Origin: an uncultured Alphaproteobacteria bacterium
Lineage (GTDB): Bacteria > Pseudomonadota > Alphaproteobacteria > HIMB59 > GCA-002718135
DNA length: 64,000 bases
Reading direction: 5' to 3'
NCBI GenBank assembly: GCA_902620425.1
Contig: CACNHX010000001.1
Location: forward strand, 414,903 to 478,902
Part shown: positions 60,000 to 64,000 of the stretch, one piece after another
Layout of the letters: every line of letters starts with the position of its first letter
Position numbering within the stretch: position 1 is the stretch's first letter
The notes under the pieces: generated by a model
Database searches by the model: none
Seen by the model: the letters and a program-made list of their open reading frames with translations, nothing else
What the model was told of the DNA's origin: nothing
Program-made: the position numbers and the translations under genes

Positions 60000-61535
60000 T
60001 TAGTTACTTGCAAACTTTCCAACCAAATCATCTAAGATTGATTTTAATTTATCATCATTTTCTTTAGATAATTCTTTTTCATTAGCAATCGCGTCTAATA
60101 AATCACTATGCTTAGTTCTAATCTCATTTAAAACTTTTGCTTCAAACTTGACTACATCGCCTACTGCAACTTTATCAAGATATCCGCGCACACCTGCATA
60201 AATAGATACCACTTGCTCTGAGACCGTTAGTGGTGAATACTGACCTTGTTTTAAGATTTCAACAAGTCTTGCACCACGATCAAGTAATTGTTTCGTTGAA
60301 GCGTCTAAGTCTGATGCAAACTGAGCAAAAGCAGCCATCTCACGATACTGAGCTAATTCTAGTTTTACCGGACCAGCAATTTTTTTCATTGCTTTTGTTT
60401 GAGCTGCAGAACCAACACGACTTACAGAAAGACCAACGTTAATAGCAGGACGAATACCAGCAAAGAAGAGGTTTGTTTCTAGGAAGATTTGTCCATCTGT
60501 AATTGATATTACGTTTGTTGGAATATAAGCAGACAAGTCACCAGCCTGAGTTTCAATAATTGGCAGGGCAGTTAAACTTCCGCCACCATGCTCATCACTC
60601 ATTTTAGCTGCTCTTTCTAAAAGACGACTATGAATATAAAATACATCTCCAGGATATGCTTCACGTCCAGGAGGTCTTCTTAATAAAAGAGACATCTGTC
60701 TGTAAGCAACAGCTTGCTTTGATAAATCATCATAAACGATTAATGCATGCATACCATTATCTCTAAAATACTCACCCATTGTACAGCCAGTATAAGCAGA
60801 TAAAAATTGCAACGGTGCAGGCTCTGATGCAGTTGCAGATACAACAATTGTATATTCCATTGCACCATTATCTTCTAGCGTTTTTACAATTTGAGCAACT
60901 GTTGATCTTTTCTGACCAATAGCAACGTAGATACAATATAGCTTTTCTTTTTCATTGTCTGATTGATTTACAGATTTTTGATTTAAGATTGTATCAATAG
61001 CAACAGCAGTTTTACCTGTTTGTCTATCACCAATTATTAATTCACGCTGTCCTCTTCCAACTGGAACAAGAGCATCAAGTGCTTTAATTCCTGTCTGCAT
61101 AGGTTCAGATACACTTTGACGAGGAATAATACCTGGGGCTTTTAATTCAATTCTTCTCTTTTCAGAAGATTGAATAGGACCTTTTCCATCAATAGGATTT
61201 CCTAAACCATCAACAACACGTCCTAACAATTCTTTTCCAACAGGAACGTCAACGATTTCTCCTGTACGTTTAACTGTGTCACCTTCTTTAATTCCAGTAT
61301 CATCACCGAAGATTGAGACACCAACGTTATCCATTTCAAGGTTGAGGGCCATACCTTTAATGCCGCCTGGGAATTCTACCATCTCTCCAGCTTGTACTTG
61401 ATCAAGACCATACACACGTGCAATTCCATCTCCAACACTTAGTACTGTTCCAACCTCAGCAACATCAGCTTTAGTTTCAAAATTAGCTATTTGGTCTTTA
61501 ATTACAGATGATATTTCTGCAGCTTTAATTTCCAT
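60000..61535 (-). CDS. atpA: ATP synthase F1 alpha subunit
   Basis: [20 protein letters not shown]. Confidence 0.99.
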   Translation of the reverse strand: MEIKAAEISSVIKDQIANFETKADVAEVGTVLSVGDGIARVYGLDQVQAGEMVEFPGGIKGMALNLEMDNVGVSIFGDDTGIKEGDTVKRTGEIVDVPVGKELLGRVVDGLGNPIDGKGPIQSSEKRRIELKAPGIIPRQSVSEPMQTGIKALDALVPVGRGQRELIIGDRQTGKTAVAIDTILNQKSVNQSDNEKEKLYCIYVAIGQKRSTVAQIVKTLEDNGAMEYTIVVSATASEPAPLQFLSAYTGCTMGEYFRDNGMHALIVYDDLSKQAVAYRQMSLLLRRPPGREAYPGDVFYIHSRLLERAAKMSDEHGGGSLTALPIIETQAGDLSAYIPTNVISITDGQIFLETNLFFAGIRPAINVGLSVSRVGSAAQTKAMKKIAGPVKLELAQYREMAAFAQFASDLDASTKQLLDRGARLVEILKQGQYSPLTVSEQVVSIYAGVRGYLDKVAVGDVVKFEAKVLNEIRTKHSDLLDAIANEKELSKENDDKLKSILDDLVGKFASN

Positions 61536-62092
61536 TATGCCCCCTTCATTGCAATTTTAAGTTTATTAATTTTATTCGCTATAGATGTATCAATCATTTT
61601 GGAACCAACCTTAACAATTAAACCACCAATAATGTCTTCATCAACATCAAAATTTAAAGATAATTTTTCACCTAAAGATTTTTTAAGTTGATTTGTAATA
61701 TTATTTTTTTCATCATCAGATAATATGTTTGCTGATGTTATGTCAGCAGTAATATCACCTCTTTTTTCAGAGTTTATTTTTTTAAATTGTAAAATAATAG
61801 AACCGATATTTGAAATTCTTTTATTGTTATCAAGAACTTTTAAAAAAGTTGTCGTAAGATTATGTAAATTTGCTTTAGAAAATAATTTTAGCAAAATATT
61901 AAGCTTCTCATCTGAATTTACTAATGGACTTTTAATTACTTGTCTTAATTCTGAACTTTCTTTCAATGCTTTTAGCACTAATTCAAAGTCATTTAGAATA
62001 TCATCAATACATTTTTTTTCAGAAGCAAGATCATAGAGAGCAGCTCCGTACCTTTCAGATATAAGGACTCCAGATAATGTATTAGATGCCAT
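61535..62092 (-). CDS. atpH: ATP synthase F1 delta subunit
   Basis: [24 protein letters not shown]. Confidence 0.96.
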   Translation of the reverse strand: MASNTLSGVLISERYGAALYDLASEKKCIDDILNDFELVLKALKESSELRQVIKSPLVNSDEKLNILLKLFSKANLHNLTTTFLKVLDNNKRISNIGSIILQFKKINSEKRGDITADITSANILSDDEKNNITNQLKKSLGEKLSLNFDVDEDIIGGLIVKVGSKMIDTSIANKINKLKIAMKGA

Positions 62093-62210
62093 AAATTACG
62101 CTCATAAGAAGTTTAGAGATAGGCTATTAACACATCAGAAAAAGTAGGTAAACTGTCAGTTTGTGCGTCAAATGAGTTAAATCGAAGATATTTTTAAAAT
62201 TGTGGGTAAA

Positions 62211-64000
62211 TTACATAAATGAGTAGGGATCGACATCAATAATTAACTTTACAGAAGAAGGTAATTTAGTCTTTTCGACAATTTTTTTTGTGAATTTATT
62301 CAGATTTTTTCTACTATTGCTCTTCAATAATATTCTGTACCGATATTGTCCTCTAAGCAAAAAAATTGGAGCTTCAACTGGACCTAGAATTTTAATATTT
62401 TCAGTATTTTGATCTTGTTGAGCCAGTCTTGAAGCTTGTTTAAGAACTAAAGCTTTTGTATGACTAGAAAGAATTATTGAAGTCATAAAACCAAAAGGAG
62501 GTATATTAAAATTCTTTCTCTCTTCCAAAGCCCTTTCAATAAAAGCTTCTCTTTCTCGAAGTTGAATCGACTTAATTATTTCTTGGTCTGGAAAATATGT
62601 TTGAAGAAAAACTTTACCAATTTTTTTTCCTCTACCAGCTCTTCCTCCAACTTGCTGAAGTAGATTAAAAGTTTTTTCTATAGCTCTAGGATCACCACCA
62701 AATAATCCTGCGTCCGCATCAACTATTCCTACTAATGACAAATTTGGAAAATCATATCCTTTTGCCATTATTTGTGTAGCTACAATTATATCTATATCTT
62801 TGTTGTTTATATCAGTAATAAATTTTTTAATTTTGTTTGGTGTGTTAACGTTGTCGCTAGACATGATGGAAATATTTTTCCCAGGAAAGAATTCTTTTAG
62901 CTCCTCTGCAACTCTCTCAACTCCAGGACCAACAAATTTTATACTATCTTTTTCATTACATTGAGGACAATCTAAATTTAATTTTTTTATAGTTCCACAT
63001 TGATGACATAAGAAAACTTTTTTGTGTTGATGCATAACCATCCATGATGAACACTGATCACATTCATATCTGAATCCACAACTGTTACATAAGGTTAATG
63101 GAGAATATCCTCTACGGTTTAAAAAAATAAGAGTTTGTTCCTTATTTTCTAAGCACTGAGAAATAGAATCTATAATTGATTGTGAAATCCATTTATCTTT
63201 ATCAAGTTTATTTTTATTTAAATCAATTATAGAAATTTCAGGTAATGGAGTTCCAGAAAATTGTTTTGATAAATAGACTTGATCATATTTTTTAATTTTA
63301 ACATTATTTATTGTTTCTAAAGACGGCGTTGCTGAAGCTAATAATATAAAATTTTTTTCAATTTTAGCTCTTACAACTGCAAGATCTCTTGCTTGGTAAC
63401 GTATATTGTCCTCTTGTTTATAACTAGAATCATGTTCTTCATCGACAACAATCAATCCTAAGTTTGTAAAAGGAAGAAACAAACTTGAACGAGCACCAAT
63501 AACAATTACTGGATCTCCAGCAAAACATTTATGCCAAATTTTTTGCCTATTTTTTTTTGTAATTTTAGAATGCCACAAACACACTTCCATTCCAAAACGC
63601 TTCTTTACTCTTGACTCTAATTGCGGTGTTAGGCTAATTTCTGGAACCATTATTAATATTTGTTTTTTTTCTTTTAAAAATTTATCTATTATTTCAAAAT
63701 ATACTTCAGTTTTACCAGAGCCTGTTACACCTTCTAATAAAACAGGTTTATTTGATTTATTAAATGATTGAGTAATTTCTTTGAATGAATTTGCTTGCTC
63801 TTCACTTAAGGTCACTAAAGAAGGTTTGGTGTTATTGAAACTATCTAATTTTTCGTTATCAAATTCAACTATATCATTATTAATAAGAAATAATTTTAAA
63901 ACTGCTCCTAGTGGAGCTAAAGTATAATTTGCGATCCAATTTATAAAATCGATTGAAGAACTCTGAAGGATAAGATCATTACAAATTTTTGTAACCTCTT
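62211..64000 (-). CDS. priA: Primosomal protein N' (5' end lies beyond the window end)
   Basis: GVTGSGKTEVY, VDEEHD, SATPS, CxxC zinc motifs, QVGGRAGR. The frame stays open from the track's GTG (63815) to the window end (…FINWIANYTLAPLGAVLK…). Confidence 0.96.
   Translation of the reverse strand, partial: EVTKICNDLILQSSSIDFINWIANYTLAPLGAVLKLFLINNDIVEFDNEKLDSFNNTKPSLVTLSEEQANSFKEITQSFNKSNKPVLLEGVTGSGKTEVYFEIIDKFLKEKKQILIMVPEISLTPQLESRVKKRFGMEVCLWHSKITKKNRQKIWHKCFAGDPVIVIGARSSLFLPFTNLGLIVVDEEHDSSYKQEDNIRYQARDLAVVRAKIEKNFILLASATPSLETINNVKIKKYDQVYLSKQFSGTPLPEISIIDLNKNKLDKDKWISQSIIDSISQCLENKEQTLIFLNRRGYSPLTLCNSCGFRYECDQCSSWMVMHQHKKVFLCHQCGTIKKLNLDCPQCNEKDSIKFVGPGVERVAEELKEFFPGKNISIMSSDNVNTPNKIKKFITDINNKDIDIIVATQIMAKGYDFPNLSLVGIVDADAGLFGGDPRAIEKTFNLLQQVGGRAGRGKKIGKVFLQTYFPDQEIIKSIQLREREAFIERALEERKNFNIPPFGFMTSIILSSHTKALVLKQASRLAQQDQNTENIKILGPVEAPIFLLRGQYRYRILLKSNSRKNLNKFTKKIVEKTKLPSSVKLIIDVDPYSFM

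Overview
AT-rich (roughly 30% GC by eye, not computed), very densely packed chromosomal window from a streamlined alphaproteobacterium. A marine Pelagibacterales/HIMB59-like origin is an inference from gene content and order. Caution on the supplied ORF track: I checked start and stop codons against the DNA, and seven real genes labelled '+' are on the minus strand (10226-11191, 11303-12454, 12547-13464, 19298-19618, 19679-20833, 31520-32335, 40466-40909). A sulfatase (1-1404, minus, runs off the window) and the full tRNA-Leu are missing from the track. Layout: (i) 1-22.4 kb is a carbohydrate/cyclitol catabolic region with no visible regulator. It holds a sulfatase plus CUT1 ABC transporter, three tandem non-heme iron oxygenases including a MocD-like diiron enzyme, two CUT2 ABC transporters, iolD, a Rieske-fold ferredoxin whose two His ligands are replaced by Cys, and an SDR-FAH-LldD module. 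(ii) galE-galT-sufE-flavin reductase. (iii) A ~1.1 kb islet between a 5' fragment and the full copy of tRNA-Leu(CAA), carrying a tRNA-Arg-like 3' fragment and a DEDDh exonuclease. (iv) A coupled dmdB-like ligase-metY-hydrolase operon. (v) Core genes: argH-lysA, plsC, tyrC, a chorismate mutase-hisC fusion, SAM-II-like riboswitch-metXW, gloB, rplU-rpmA-obgE-proBA-nadD-rsfS-ctpA-rppH, putA/putR, the F1 atp operon and partial priA. Best candidates for novelty: the all-Cys Rieske-fold protein as possible electron partner of the MocD-like oxygenase, the dmdB-metY operon, an rsfS with no canonical start codon for its conserved N-terminus, and apparent co-absence of ftsEX and envC from their usual loci. 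No CRISPR array, integrase or transposase was seen. All function calls come from motif recognition; no database searches were run.
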